From: an uncultured Lachnospiraceae bacterium
GTDB taxonomy: Bacteria > Bacillota > Clostridia > Lachnospirales > Lachnospiraceae
DNA length: 41,963 bases
NCBI GenBank assembly: GCA_902764045.1
Contig: CACWUI010000001.1
Span: 1-41,963, forward strand
Reading direction: 5' to 3'
Positions 15,255-24,651 of this stretch are shown in pieces (within the stretch, counting starts at the first letter, position 1; every line of letters starts with the position of its first letter). Below the pieces are notes generated by a model. It saw nothing but the letters and a program-made list of their open reading frames with translations. It ran no database searches and had not been told where the DNA came from. The position numbers and the translations under genes were made by a program.

Positions 15255-15477
15255 GCCGAAGAGACAGAAAAACCGAATGTTTTATCAACCGTGACGGAAG
15301 AAAGCAAATTAAATGTGACACGCATGGCAACGGAGAGTGAGGATTCCGTTGAGAATGCAGGGGCCAAACAGGATAGCCCGAAAGAGGAGGAGGTTGTCAG
15401 TCATCTTGAAAAAAATATTTAGGTATATTCCCTAAAATAGGCTATAATGATCGTCAAACTATGTAAGAGGTCTGAAG

Positions 15478-16689
15478 ATGTTAGAAAATAAATGGATACG
15501 TGCAGCAATACCCGCCTTATTGATACATTGCTCTATCGGTTCGGTGTATTGCTGGTCAACTTTTAAAGCAACCATCGCCGAACAGATAGGGATGAGCAGC
15601 TTTGCGGTAGGATGGGCCTTCTCTCTGGCTATATTCTTCTTAGGAATGTCGGCAGCCTTTATGGGCAAGCTGGTCGAAAAAAACATACATAAGTCATCGC
15701 TTATAGCCTGTATCTGCTTCACCGCCGGAATGATCGGAACAGGTCTTTCCATACAGTTTTTAAAAGGCGTTCCGGCTCTGATAGTTATATTTATCTGTTA
15801 CGGCTGCATAATGGGGATCGGACTAGGAGTCGGTTATCTTACTCCCGTAAAAACCCTGATGCTGTGGTTTAAAGATAAAAAAGGTCTGGCGACAGGCATC
15901 TCGATAATGGGATTCGGGCTGGCAAAAGCTATCGCCACCCCCATAATGGAAGCTATTCAGAACAGTCTTGGCATTGCTCCTATGTTTTATATATTGGGCG
16001 GAGTATATTTTGCCATGATGTTTCTGGGGCATATATTATTAAAGAAGCCTGAAGGATGGAAAGAAGAAGAAGCCGGGAGCTTCAGCATTAAAGAAATGTT
16101 TAAGAAAAGAGAGTTTCTGGGGATATGGCTGATGTTCTTCTTAAACATCCACTGCGGGCTTATGCTGATAACCTATGAGAAACAGATCCTACAGACCGTG
16201 TTTGCCGGACTTGCAGTGCTTGGCATAATAGTGGCTGTCATACCTTCTGCTTCGTCTGCATTTAATGCGTTGGGAAGGATCGGATACTCAAGCCTGTCCG
16301 ACAGGTTAAAACAGAGAAATACCATTTACAAAATAATCTTTATAAGCTGTATAGGGGCATGTATACTGAGTCTCGTTACCGGAAATGCTGCAATAGGCGT
16401 GGTAATGATCATATTATTATTTGTGATCAATGCAGGGTACGGCGGCGGGTTTTCAACATTGCCCGCATTGCTTTCCGAACGTTTCGGCATGAAGAAGATC
16501 AGCAAGATCCATGGCCTGGCGTTGTCAGCCTGGGCGATAGCAGGACTTACGGGGAATAATATGTCGGAGCTGATCCTGGGAGCCACCGGGTCGACCATAG
16601 CCGGGTACAAATGGATCATCTTAGCGATATTGATATTGTATGCCGCAGCCTTAGCGATCTGCTGGATAATGGTAGGGAAGAAAAAATAA
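15478..16689 (+). CDS. MFS transporter (oxalate/formate antiporter-like, OFA/YhjX type)
   Basis: The hydrophobicity profile suggests about 12 TM helices. The N-terminus reads RAAIPALLIHCSIGSVYCWSTF, typical of OFA-family MFS proteins. Confidence 0.8.
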   Translation: MLENKWIRAAIPALLIHCSIGSVYCWSTFKATIAEQIGMSSFAVGWAFSLAIFFLGMSAAFMGKLVEKNIHKSSLIACICFTAGMIGTGLSIQFLKGVPALIVIFICYGCIMGIGLGVGYLTPVKTLMLWFKDKKGLATGISIMGFGLAKAIATPIMEAIQNSLGIAPMFYILGGVYFAMMFLGHILLKKPEGWKEEEAGSFSIKEMFKKREFLGIWLMFFLNIHCGLMLITYEKQILQTVFAGLAVLGIIVAVIPSASSAFNALGRIGYSSLSDRLKQRNTIYKIIFISCIGACILSLVTGNAAIGVVMIILLFVINAGYGGGFSTLPALLSERFGMKKISKIHGLALSAWAIAGLTGNNMSELILGATGSTIAGYKWIILAILILYAAALAICWIMVGKKK

Positions 16690-16713
16690 GACCTGCCGCC
16701 TAAGCGACAGGTC
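16690..16713 (-). terminator. Terminator hairpin of the ferredoxin gene
   Basis: The hairpin is GACCTG..CGC-ctaa-GCG..CAGGTC. On the minus strand it is followed by TTATTTTTT. Confidence 0.55.
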
Positions 16714-16728
16714 TCCGGTCAAGGTAAA

Positions 16729-16899
16729 TTACTGGGCAACAGGTGCGCCTACGGGACAGACAGATGCACAAGCTCCGCAGTCAACACAGAGATCTGCATC
16801 AACTACCATCTTGCCGTCTCCCTCCGTGATAGCTGAAACCGGGCATCCCGGTACGCACGCGCCGCAGTTTACGCAATCATCATTAATTTCATAAGCCAT
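16729..16899 (-). CDS. fdx: Clostridial-type 2x[4Fe-4S] ferredoxin (56 aa); below the ORF-track cutoff
   Basis: The protein is MAYEINDDCVNCGACVPGCPVSAITEGDGKMVVDADLCVDCGACASVCPVGAPVAQ. It has two CxxCxxCxxxCP motifs, and a GGAGG box lies 7 nt upstream. Confidence 0.9.
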   Translation of the reverse strand: MAYEINDDCVNCGACVPGCPVSAITEGDGKMVVDADLCVDCGACASVCPVGAPVAQ

Positions 16900-17123
16900 T
16901 GTCCTTACCTCCGTTTTTTATTAATAATATTAATTGTTGTTACATGGTAATTATAACATTTTTTCAAGAAAAATACAAGTGTAAAGTGTAAAAAAGCCCG
17001 TGTTTATGCGGATTGCGTTAGTTTTGACTAACCTTTCCGTTTTACAGTCATTTGTATATTGACTTTTTAACGCTCCCAACTTAACATTATAAAAATAAAT
17101 ATTTATACGGGAGGTACGAAAAC

Positions 17124-17333
17124 ATGACAAAGATTACAAAGGATACAACAATAGGCGAAGCCCTTGCAACAGACCCCGGTCTTGTGAATCTTTTCAGCGC
17201 CATCGGCATGCATTGCTTCGGATGCCACTTCAGCGCAAACGAGACGATAGAGCAGGCGGCGGCAGTTCACGGCGTGGATTGCGATGACCTTTTAGAGGAC
17301 ATAAACAACTACCTTGAGTATCAGGAAAAATAA
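17124..17333 (+). CDS. DUF1858-type small redox-disulfide domain protein (hybrid-cluster-protein-associated type)
   Basis: The sequence TIGEALATDPGLVNLFSAIGMHCFGCHFSANETIEQAAAVHGVD matches the conserved MHCxGC core of this family. Confidence 0.7.
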   Translation: MTKITKDTTIGEALATDPGLVNLFSAIGMHCFGCHFSANETIEQAAAVHGVDCDDLLEDINNYLEYQEK

Positions 17334-18430
17334 TGAGCAGAGTCAAAGAATTCTTAAAGAAAAAGGATATAGAGATATCCCTTAAAAGATACGGAGTTGA
17401 CGCCCTTGGAGCCATGGCACAGGGGCTTTTTGCTTCACTTCTTATAGGTACGATACTAAATACCATCGGTACATTTTTCCATGTGCCCTTTCTGGAAAAC
17501 CCCATAGTCACCGTAGCGGGAACGGAATATACCGTGGGAGGACTTGCCTCTGCCATGAGCGGACCGGCAATGGCGGCGGCCATCGGATATGCGCTTAAAG
17601 CCCCGCCTCTGGTGTTGTTTTCACTTATCACCACAGGCTTTGCGGCAAATGCCCTGGGTGGCGCCGGAGGTCCCCTGGCGGTGCTTGTGATAGCCATAGT
17701 GGCGGCAGAGGTCGGAAAACTGGTGTCGAAGCAGACCAAGGTTGATATCATAGTTACTCCTATTGTCACCATAGGTGCGGGAGTAGGTCTTGCCTGGCTT
17801 ATAGCTCCGCCCATAGGCGCGGCGGCCCTGAAGGTGGGGGAATTTATCATGTGGGCCACGGAACTTCAGCCCTTCTTTATGGGTATCATTGTTGCGGTTC
17901 TTGTGGGTGTCGCTCTTACCCTGCCCATATCATCAGCAGCCATATGCGCGGCATTTTCCCTTACGGGGCTTGCGGGAGGCGCGGCCCTTGCCGGGTGCTG
18001 CGCCCAGATGATCGGATTTGCGGTCATGTCATTTAAGGAGAATAAATGGGGAGGTCTGTTTTCCCAGGGCATAGGAACATCCATGCTCCAGATGGGAAAC
18101 ATAGTGAAAAATCCCCGGATATGGCTGGCGCCGATAATTACCTCGGCAATTACGGGACCCATTGCTACATGCGTGTTTCATCTGAGGATGGACGGACCGG
18201 CTGTATCATCAGGCATGGGGACCTGCGGTCTAGTGGGACAGATCGGAGTTTATACCGGCTGGGCAAAGAATATCGCGGAAGGGACCATGGAGAGCATCAC
18301 CGCCTTTGACCACATAGGAGTATGGCTGATAAGCATAGGGCTTCCTGCGGTGATATGCCCTCTGATAAATATGATCTTCCGCAGGATAGGCTGGGTAAAG
18401 GACGGAGATCTTACATTAAATAATAATTGA
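17333..18430 (+). CDS. Polytopic membrane protein, PfoR/COG3641-like (PTS EIIC-related superfamily)
   Basis: The N-terminus reads KKKDIEISLKRYGVDALGAMAQGLFASLLIGTILNTIG. About 10 Gly/Ala-rich hydrophobic helices follow. The family name is recalled from memory and was not verified. Confidence 0.65.
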   Translation: MSRVKEFLKKKDIEISLKRYGVDALGAMAQGLFASLLIGTILNTIGTFFHVPFLENPIVTVAGTEYTVGGLASAMSGPAMAAAIGYALKAPPLVLFSLITTGFAANALGGAGGPLAVLVIAIVAAEVGKLVSKQTKVDIIVTPIVTIGAGVGLAWLIAPPIGAAALKVGEFIMWATELQPFFMGIIVAVLVGVALTLPISSAAICAAFSLTGLAGGAALAGCCAQMIGFAVMSFKENKWGGLFSQGIGTSMLQMGNIVKNPRIWLAPIITSAITGPIATCVFHLRMDGPAVSSGMGTCGLVGQIGVYTGWAKNIAEGTMESITAFDHIGVWLISIGLPAVICPLINMIFRRIGWVKDGDLTLNNN

Positions 18431-18494
18431 AAGAGTGAAGCTAAGTTGATATAATGTCAAAGGTTAATTTTTAAAAGATGAGGAGAAAAAAATA

Positions 18495-18923
18495 ATGGCA
18501 GATCAGGAAATCATTGTATGCAGGACAGCAGACGGAGACCTTGTAAAGTACGGAAGCTTTGATGAGGCGGTAAGAGAGACCATCAAAGCTACGGGAAAGG
18601 ATCTTTCCGAGATAGTTATCACGGCTTCTGACAATTACAGATGCGTGACAAACAGAAAGATCGGAAGAAAGGGACTTCTTCTTCATGATATCTTAAATGA
18701 TAAGAACGCTTCCGATGAGGACAAGGCGGATGCAAGAAAGCAGCTTGATGAGATAGAGAAGGGAATGATGGAGGAGTCCGAGAGGCAGCTTACGGACAGC
18801 GTATCACCCCTTAAAATAGAAAGTGTAGAGGTTGTTTATTATCTTGGGGCATGCGATAACATTTACTATGCCACACAGGAATATTATGACGCTTATAAAA
18901 AGAGACAGGAAGCAAACAGCTGA
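18495..18923 (+). CDS. Hypothetical cytoplasmic protein (142 aa)
   Basis: It has a good SD (GAGGAG) and no recognisable motif. Confidence 0.6.
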   Translation: MADQEIIVCRTADGDLVKYGSFDEAVRETIKATGKDLSEIVITASDNYRCVTNRKIGRKGLLLHDILNDKNASDEDKADARKQLDEIEKGMMEESERQLTDSVSPLKIESVEVVYYLGACDNIYYATQEYYDAYKKRQEANS

Positions 18924-18941
18924 GATTTAGGTAATTGATCT

Positions 18942-19580
18942 ATGAGTGAAGACGAGAACAGAATCGAAGAGGAAATCGATTTACACCAGGATGAGGACTA
19001 TGAAACCGACACCATGACAGAAGAGGATTTTGAGTCGGATGAAGATTCCATCTTTGAGAACAGATTTGAGTATACTGAGAGTCTCCTGAAAGAGCTCTAC
19101 ACAGGAATGCTTAAGTGGGACAAGAGGCGAAGGGTAAATTCCATTATCATATACGTGCTTTTAACGGCAAATATAATAATGAACATTATCTTTATTATCA
19201 TGGGCAATTACGGTCTTGTGCCACTTCTTATCATCTCCGTTATACTATTGGGTATCGTGTTTGGTTTCAGGTTTTTCGAGCCCATCATCCTGTCAAAGAA
19301 TGTTGTAAAGAGTTACCGGAAGCAATACGGTAAGGACATGGATGTGTTTATCACATTCACCGAGGACTACATGACCATGCACGATATCAGCATGGGAGTG
19401 ACACAACAGAGTTCCATTCCTTACAGCAGGATCACAAACGTTCACGAATCCGAGAATTTTATCGTCCTTCGTATGGATAAAAGACAGGTAATGTCTGTAT
19501 ATAAGAAGGGCTTTACAAAGGGCACACTGGAGGATTTCAGAGTATTTATCTTTGATAAGATGAAGGAACTGAATGATTAA
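18942..19580 (+). CDS. YcxB-like membrane protein (acidic N-terminus, two TM helices, YcxB-type C-terminal domain)
   Basis: TM helices read VNSIIIYVLLTANIIMNIIFIIMG and LVPLLIISVILLGIVFGF. The C-terminus reads ...IPYSRITNVHESENFIVLRMDKRQVMSVYKKGF. Confidence 0.65.
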   Translation: MSEDENRIEEEIDLHQDEDYETDTMTEEDFESDEDSIFENRFEYTESLLKELYTGMLKWDKRRRVNSIIIYVLLTANIIMNIIFIIMGNYGLVPLLIISVILLGIVFGFRFFEPIILSKNVVKSYRKQYGKDMDVFITFTEDYMTMHDISMGVTQQSSIPYSRITNVHESENFIVLRMDKRQVMSVYKKGFTKGTLEDFRVFIFDKMKELND

Positions 19581-19593
19581 ATAACAAGACATC

Positions 19594-19623
19594 AAAAAAC
19601 CGGGCGGTCGCCCGGTTTTTTTA
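19594..19623. terminator. Bidirectional terminator between convergent genes
   Basis: AAAAAACCGGGC-ggtc-GCCCGGTTTTTTT forms a 7-bp GC stem flanked by A and T runs. Confidence 0.8.
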
Positions 19624-19839
19624 ACTTTCTTCCCATTCGTCAACGGCATCCTGAAGCATCTGCATAAGCTCTTCATCGTTCATCTTATCCGTGTGGTCGG
19701 AGATCGCCCCCAGAGTCCCGAAAAAGCTCAAGCCTTTTTTTGGTTCAGTGCTGCAGTCCGGTCCGCACGCATCAGGTCCGCAGGTGCTGCAGTTATGAGT
19801 GCAGCCTCCTGTAGAGGAAGTTGTCTTATCGTCCATCAT
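19621..19839 (-). CDS. Small Cys-rich acidic protein (72 aa from the MMDDK start)
   Basis: The N-terminus reads GGCTHNCSTCGPDACGPDC. The SD-like AAAGGGGTG precedes the ATG at 19839. The track start at 19890 has no SD. Confidence 0.5.
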   Translation of the reverse strand: MMDDKTTSSTGGCTHNCSTCGPDACGPDCSTEPKKGLSFFGTLGAISDHTDKMNDEELMQMLQDAVDEWEES

Positions 19840-20003
19840 CGTCACCCCTTTTCGTTTTGCTGGAAAACATAATATATCATAAATAGCCATACTTCAATTC
19901 ACACAATTTAAAATATGAGAAAATAAAAATTGAAAAAAGAAAAATCCTTATCCGATAAAGTGATATAATGAAAGAAAAGAAACGTGAAAAGGGGGTTGAT
20001 GGG

Positions 20004-20489
20004 ATGTCCATTTTTGATGATCTGGGGAAAAAGCTGTCCAAAGCAGGGGGCAATGCTGTTGAGAAGACCAAGCAGAGGACAGAGATAGCACGGTTCAACG
20101 GCCGCATAAAAGACGAGAACAAAAAGATAGATGAAAGCTACAGGCAGATAGGAAAGCTGTTTGTGGAGCATTACAGGGACGAGGCTCCGGAGGAGTTTGA
20201 TGTTTTTATCAGACAGATAGATGAAAGTCTTGAGAATATCGAAAAGTATCATGAGGATATCGACAGGGTAAAGGGCGTAAAGAAGTGCCCCGTATGCGGA
20301 AAAGAACTTTTGGCAGAGGATCATTTCTGCTCGGAATGTGGCGCGGATTTTGAAGAGGCATCAAAAGAGGCGGAGCATTTTTCGGAGTCTGATGATGACG
20401 GGGAGGTTGCACCCTGCCCCGAATGCGGAGCCATTATTAAAACGGGCGTTGATGTCTGCCCTGCCTGCGGAGTGAGATTTGATAAATAA
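20004..20489 (+). CDS. Zinc-ribbon domain protein (two CxxC...CxxC ribbons)
   Basis: The ribbons are CPVCGKELLAEDHFCSECG and CPECGAIIKTGVDVCPACG. An AAAGGGGG SD lies before the ATG at 20004. The track start at 19968 is also possible. Confidence 0.7.
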   Translation: MSIFDDLGKKLSKAGGNAVEKTKQRTEIARFNGRIKDENKKIDESYRQIGKLFVEHYRDEAPEEFDVFIRQIDESLENIEKYHEDIDRVKGVKKCPVCGKELLAEDHFCSECGADFEEASKEAEHFSESDDDGEVAPCPECGAIIKTGVDVCPACGVRFDK

Positions 20490-21687
20490 GAGTTTGGGGA
20501 TATATATTCATATACCGTTTTGTGAAAGGAAGTGCCGTTATTGCGACTTCCTTTCTTTTAGCGCAAATGAGGGGAAAAAGAAAAAATATGTTGATGCCCT
20601 TATAAGAGAGATAAGGGCAAGTGAGTTTTCGGGACGAAAGGCGGATACGGTGTTTTTCGGTGGAGGAACGCCTTCGGTGCTTACTGCTGAGGATACGGTG
20701 AGGATAATGGAGGCTGTAAGGGAGACTTTTATGCCGGATACCGACACTGACGGGGATGGCAATGGGAACGCGCCTGAGATCACAACGGAATGCAACCCCA
20801 AAACCGTAACCCCGGAGAAACTTGCTGCCTACAGGAAAGCCGGTATAAACAGGATAAGCTTCGGGCTGCAGTCGGCTGATGTTAAGGAACTGAAGCTTCT
20901 GGGAAGGATCCACTCCTTCACTGATTTTGAAGAAAGTCTGAATGCGGCAAAGGAAGCGGGTTTTGAAAATATAAATGCGGATCTGATGATGGGGCTTCCG
21001 GGACAGAGAGCCGGAGATCTGATGAAGACTCTGGAGAAGGTATGTGATATGGGATTAAAGCATATCTCACTTTACAGTCTTATCCTTGAAGAGGGGACAC
21101 CTCTTGCGGATAATATAGCCGGTTTTCCGCCTCTGCCTGATGAGGATGAGGAACGGAGGATGTATCACGAGGCGGTATCATTTCTTGAGAACAGGGGCTT
21201 TCACAGATACGAAATATCCAATTTTGCAAAGAAAGGCTTTGAGTGCAGGCATAATCTAAAGTATTGGGATCTTGATGAATATATGGGTTTCGGGATCGGC
21301 GCGGCTTCTTTTGCCGGGGGGAGACGTTTTTCAAATACGAAGGATTTTGAGGAATATGTTAGGAGATATGGGGGACAGGAAACCGCCCCCCGGTCTTTTC
21401 GAAAAGCAAAGGGGACGGTTTTTGTGTCTCCTGAAGGGAGACACAGAACCGTCCTCGTGTATTCGTTGATGAGTGAGTTTATGTTTCTGGGACTGCGTAA
21501 GACCGAAGGCATAAGATCTGCTGATTTTAAAGACAGGTTCGGAGAGGACGTGATCGATATTTACGGAGATGTCATAAAAAGACAGACAGAAGAAGGAACC
21601 CTTGTCAGGACAAAGGAAGGGTATGCTCTCACGGAGAGAGGGATCGATGTAAGTAATTACGTGCTTGCGGATTATATTTTAGAATGA
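20479..21687 (+). CDS. hemW: Radical SAM heme chaperone HemW (HemN-like, oxygen-independent coproporphyrinogen oxidase family)
   Basis: IYIHIPFCERKCRYCDF contains the CxxxCxxC motif. Also present are GGGTPS, the HemN C-terminal domain and FLGLRKTEGI. Confidence 0.9.
   Translation: MINKSLGIYIHIPFCERKCRYCDFLSFSANEGKKKKYVDALIREIRASEFSGRKADTVFFGGGTPSVLTAEDTVRIMEAVRETFMPDTDTDGDGNGNAPEITTECNPKTVTPEKLAAYRKAGINRISFGLQSADVKELKLLGRIHSFTDFEESLNAAKEAGFENINADLMMGLPGQRAGDLMKTLEKVCDMGLKHISLYSLILEEGTPLADNIAGFPPLPDEDEERRMYHEAVSFLENRGFHRYEISNFAKKGFECRHNLKYWDLDEYMGFGIGAASFAGGRRFSNTKDFEEYVRRYGGQETAPRSFRKAKGTVFVSPEGRHRTVLVYSLMSEFMFLGLRKTEGIRSADFKDRFGEDVIDIYGDVIKRQTEEGTLVRTKEGYALTERGIDVSNYVLADYILE
21371..21456. 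repeat. REP-like palindromic element embedded in frame within hemW
   Basis: The element reads GGGGACAGGAAACCGCCCC ... CTTTTCGAAAAG ... GGGGACGGTTTTTGTGTCTCC-tgaag-GGAGACACAGAACCGTCC. It belongs to the same unit family as 8736-8777, 9297-9324 and 14139-14169. Confidence 0.65.
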
Positions 21688-21910
21688 GGGGAATACGTCT
21701 ACAGCATCACCGTGTACCCTGCACAAGCAGACCTTATAAGGTGGTCGCAAAATTAAAATCGCAGGAATCGTTATACGAAAAGAAGGAATACTGCGAAGCA
21801 ATTTTATTCCTTCTTTTCGTGTTTATAACGATTCCTGTGATTTGTGAATTTTGCAGAGCGCCTTATACAGTCTGTGGTGCAGGGTACACGGTGATACAGT
21901 AGACGTTCCC
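21688..21910. repeat. 223-bp imperfect palindrome (two ~105-bp arms and a ~14-nt loop); a MITE-like element or long-hairpin RNA gene
   Basis: By manual alignment, the left arm (21688-21790) and the reverse complement of the right arm (21805-21910) are roughly 85% identical. Perfect blocks include ATCACCGTGTACCCTGCAC, CAGGAATCGTTATA and CGAAAAGAAGGAATA. Confidence 0.8.
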
Positions 21911-21971
21911 TGAAAAGCCATTTTGTGTTACAATAAAAGGCAACGAATTTTCGGAAAGGAATGCAATATCC

Positions 21972-22397
21972 ATGAAAAAAGACGACTGTATTTTTTGTAA
22001 GCTTGCAAACGGGGACATACCCGTGGAGCCTGTTTACGAGGACGATAAGGTAAAAGTCATATTTGACGCATCTCCTGCAAGCGAGGGGCATATGCTCATC
22101 ATACCCAAAGAGCATGTAAGCAATATCTATGAGTTGGACGACGAGCTGGCGGGCCACATCTTTAAGGTTGCCTCAAGAATTGCCAAAGCCTTAAAAGAGG
22201 TATTTGACTATGACGGACTGAATGTGCTGCAAAACAACGGCGAAGCCGCAGGCCAGACCGTGTTTCATTTTCACATGCACCTTATCCCAAGATTTGCGGA
22301 TGACGGCGTAAAGGTCGGTTGGGAGCATAAGACACCTGATGAAGAGAAACTTTCCGAATTAAGAGAAAAAATATCTAAGGAGATAAATAATGGTTAA
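21972..22397 (+). CDS. HIT-family (histidine triad) nucleotide hydrolase
   Basis: The HFHMHLIPR histidine triad is present, along with CIFCKL and [10 protein letters not shown]. Confidence 0.9.
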   Translation: MKKDDCIFCKLANGDIPVEPVYEDDKVKVIFDASPASEGHMLIIPKEHVSNIYELDDELAGHIFKVASRIAKALKEVFDYDGLNVLQNNGEAAGQTVFHFHMHLIPRFADDGVKVGWEHKTPDEEKLSELREKISKEINNG

Positions 22398-24645
22398 ATT
22401 AAGCGAAAGCGGAGCATTTTACACAAAGGGGAGTCTGACTCCGGAGGGTGAGGCAGCAGGGATCTCCAAAGAGGAGGGCATAAAAAAGACCATGGCCTAC
22501 GGTATCCTTGAAGCCCACAATACCTCAGGCAATATGGACAGCTTAAAGATAAAATTCGACAAGATCATATCCCATGATATCACCTATGTGGGCATCATCC
22601 AGACCGCCAGGGCTTCGGGACTTGAGAAGTTTCCCATTCCCTATGTTCTTACTAACTGCCACAATTCTCTTTGCGCGGTAGGCGGGACCATAAACGAGGA
22701 CGACCACCTCTTCGGTCTTTCCGCAGCCAAGAAATACGGCGGAATATACGTTCCCCCTCACCAGGCGGTCATCCACCAGTATGCCCGTGAGGAAATGGCA
22801 ACAGGCGGCGGCATGATCCTGGGCTCCGACTCTCATACCCGTTACGGCGCCATAGGTACCATGGCAATGGGAGAGGGCGGTCCCGAACTTGTAAAGCAGC
22901 TCCTGGACAAAACCTATGATATCCCCAGACCTGAGGTCGTGGCTGTTTACTTAGAGGGGGAGCCGGTAAAAGGCGTTGGTCCGCAGGACGTGGCTCTTGC
23001 CATCATCGGCGCAGTGTTTGACAAAGGTTTTGTGAAAAACAAAGTCATGGAATTCACAGGTCCGGGCGTGGGAAATCTTTCAATGGATTTCCGTATAGGC
23101 GTGGATGTTATGACCACGGAGACCACATGTCTTTCATCCATATGGCAGACGGATGAAAAGACAAAGGAATTCCTTGAGATCCACGGAAGACCGGAAGATT
23201 ATAAGGAGCTTACGCCGGGAGAAGGGGCGTACTATGACAGCGTGGTCTATGTGGATCTTTCCACGGTTAAGCCCATGATCGCCCTGCCATTCCATCCCAG
23301 CAATACTTATGAGATAGAAGAGCTTAATGCAAACCTTGAGGATATCCTTCATAAGTGTGAGCAGGACAGCAGGGAGCTTCTGGGTGACAAGGTGAAACTT
23401 GATCTTACCGGTAACATCAGAGACGGTAAGCTTTATGTGGAACAGGGAATAATAGCGGGATGCGCCGGCGGCGGTTATGAGAATATATGTGATGCCGCGG
23501 ATATATTAAAGGGATGCTCCATAGGAAGCGATGAGTTCACCCTTTCCGTTTATCCCGCAAGTACCCCCATATATATGGAACTTCTGAAGAACGGACGCAT
23601 GGCGGATCTCCTTGAGACAGGTGCCGTTATAAAGACTGCGTTTTGCGGACCCTGCTTTGGCGCGGGAGACACTCCTGCCAACAACAGCTTCTCCATAAGG
23701 CATACAACGAGAAACTTCCCTAACCGTGAAGGTTCCAAGCTTCAGAACGGCCAGATATCCTCTGTTGCCCTTATGGATGCCAGGTCCATTGCTGCAACGG
23801 CGGCAAATAAGGGCTTCCTGACTCCTGCCACGGAAATGGCAGATGTCAGCTACTCAAAGCCTGTCTATCATTTTGACAAGACTATTTATGAAAACAGGAT
23901 CTTTGACAGCAAAGGAGAGGCAAAGGCGGATGAACCCTTAAGATTCGGTCCCAACATCAAGGACTGGCCGCAGATGGTAAGCCTGCCTGAAAACCTTCTG
24001 ATAAAGGTAGTATCCGAGATCCATGATCCGGTTACCACCACGGATGAGCTTATTCCCTCGGGAGAAACTTCATCCTACAGATCAAACCCTCTTGCCCTTG
24101 CGGAGTTTGCCCTTTCAAGAAAGGATCCCGCATATGTGGGAAGAGCAAAAGAAGTTCAGCTGGCAGAAAAGGCAAGAGAGGAAGGTAAAGACCCGGCCTC
24201 GGCTTTCGCAGAAATAAAGGAAGTGCTTGAGAAGGTTGAAGACAGATTCGGCGCAACCCCTGAAAACACAGGCATCGGAAGCACCATATTTGCCGAAAAG
24301 CCCGGAGACGGCTCTGCCAGAGAGCAGGCTGCTTCCTGTCAGAAGGTTCTGGGAGGATGGGCAAATATCGCAAGAGAGTACGCCACCAAGAGATACCGTT
24401 CAAACCTTATAAACTGGGGAATGGTTCCCTTCATTATCGAAAAGGGCGACCTGCCCTTTGAAAACGGAGACTATATCTTTATCCCCGGCATATCCGGGAT
24501 CATTAAGGACGGCGGCGAATCAGCCAAAGCCTACGTTGTCACAAAGGACATGAAGGAATTTGAAATGACAACGGGTCTTCTTACCGGGGACGAGAGACAG
24601 ATCATCTCAGACGGATGCCTTATAAACTATTATAAAAACCATTGA
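22390..24645 (+). CDS. acn: Aconitate hydratase (aconitase family, clostridial ~750-aa type)
   Basis: Motifs present are [16 protein letters not shown] and the swivel domain [10 protein letters not shown]...[12 protein letters not shown]. Confidence 0.85.
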   Translation: MVKLSESGAFYTKGSLTPEGEAAGISKEEGIKKTMAYGILEAHNTSGNMDSLKIKFDKIISHDITYVGIIQTARASGLEKFPIPYVLTNCHNSLCAVGGTINEDDHLFGLSAAKKYGGIYVPPHQAVIHQYAREEMATGGGMILGSDSHTRYGAIGTMAMGEGGPELVKQLLDKTYDIPRPEVVAVYLEGEPVKGVGPQDVALAIIGAVFDKGFVKNKVMEFTGPGVGNLSMDFRIGVDVMTTETTCLSSIWQTDEKTKEFLEIHGRPEDYKELTPGEGAYYDSVVYVDLSTVKPMIALPFHPSNTYEIEELNANLEDILHKCEQDSRELLGDKVKLDLTGNIRDGKLYVEQGIIAGCAGGGYENICDAADILKGCSIGSDEFTLSVYPASTPIYMELLKNGRMADLLETGAVIKTAFCGPCFGAGDTPANNSFSIRHTTRNFPNREGSKLQNGQISSVALMDARSIAATAANKGFLTPATEMADVSYSKPVYHFDKTIYENRIFDSKGEAKADEPLRFGPNIKDWPQMVSLPENLLIKVVSEIHDPVTTTDELIPSGETSSYRSNPLALAEFALSRKDPAYVGRAKEVQLAEKAREEGKDPASAFAEIKEVLEKVEDRFGATPENTGIGSTIFAEKPGDGSAREQAASCQKVLGGWANIAREYATKRYRSNLINWGMVPFIIEKGDLPFENGDYIFIPGISGIIKDGGESAKAYVVTKDMKEFEMTTGLLTGDERQIISDGCLINYYKNH

Positions 24646-24651
24646 TCATAA

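Noticed and set aside
15324-15422. 32-codon ORF (MATESEDSVENAGAKQDSPKEEEVVSHLEKNI) between vapC and the MFS gene
   Set aside because: It has no SD or promoter and its composition is non-diagnostic. It is more likely a fragment of degraded coding sequence.
16960-17100. Palindrome GTTAGTtttgACTAAC upstream of the DUF1858 gene as a possible redox-regulator (Rex/HcpR-type) site
   Set aside because: It is only a 6-bp half-site palindrome and does not match the Rex or CRP/FNR consensus sequences I know. The support is insufficient.
17230-17859. 209-aa minus-strand ORF
   Set aside because: It is antisense to the PfoR-like membrane protein gene. Its Ala/Pro/Gly-rich composition is typical of antisense GC-rich membrane-protein codons.
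21684-22157. ORFs 21684..21902 (+, 72 aa) and 21804..22157 (-, 117 aa)
   Set aside because: Both read through the arms of the 223-bp palindrome. The minus-strand ORF is also antisense to the well-supported HIT gene.
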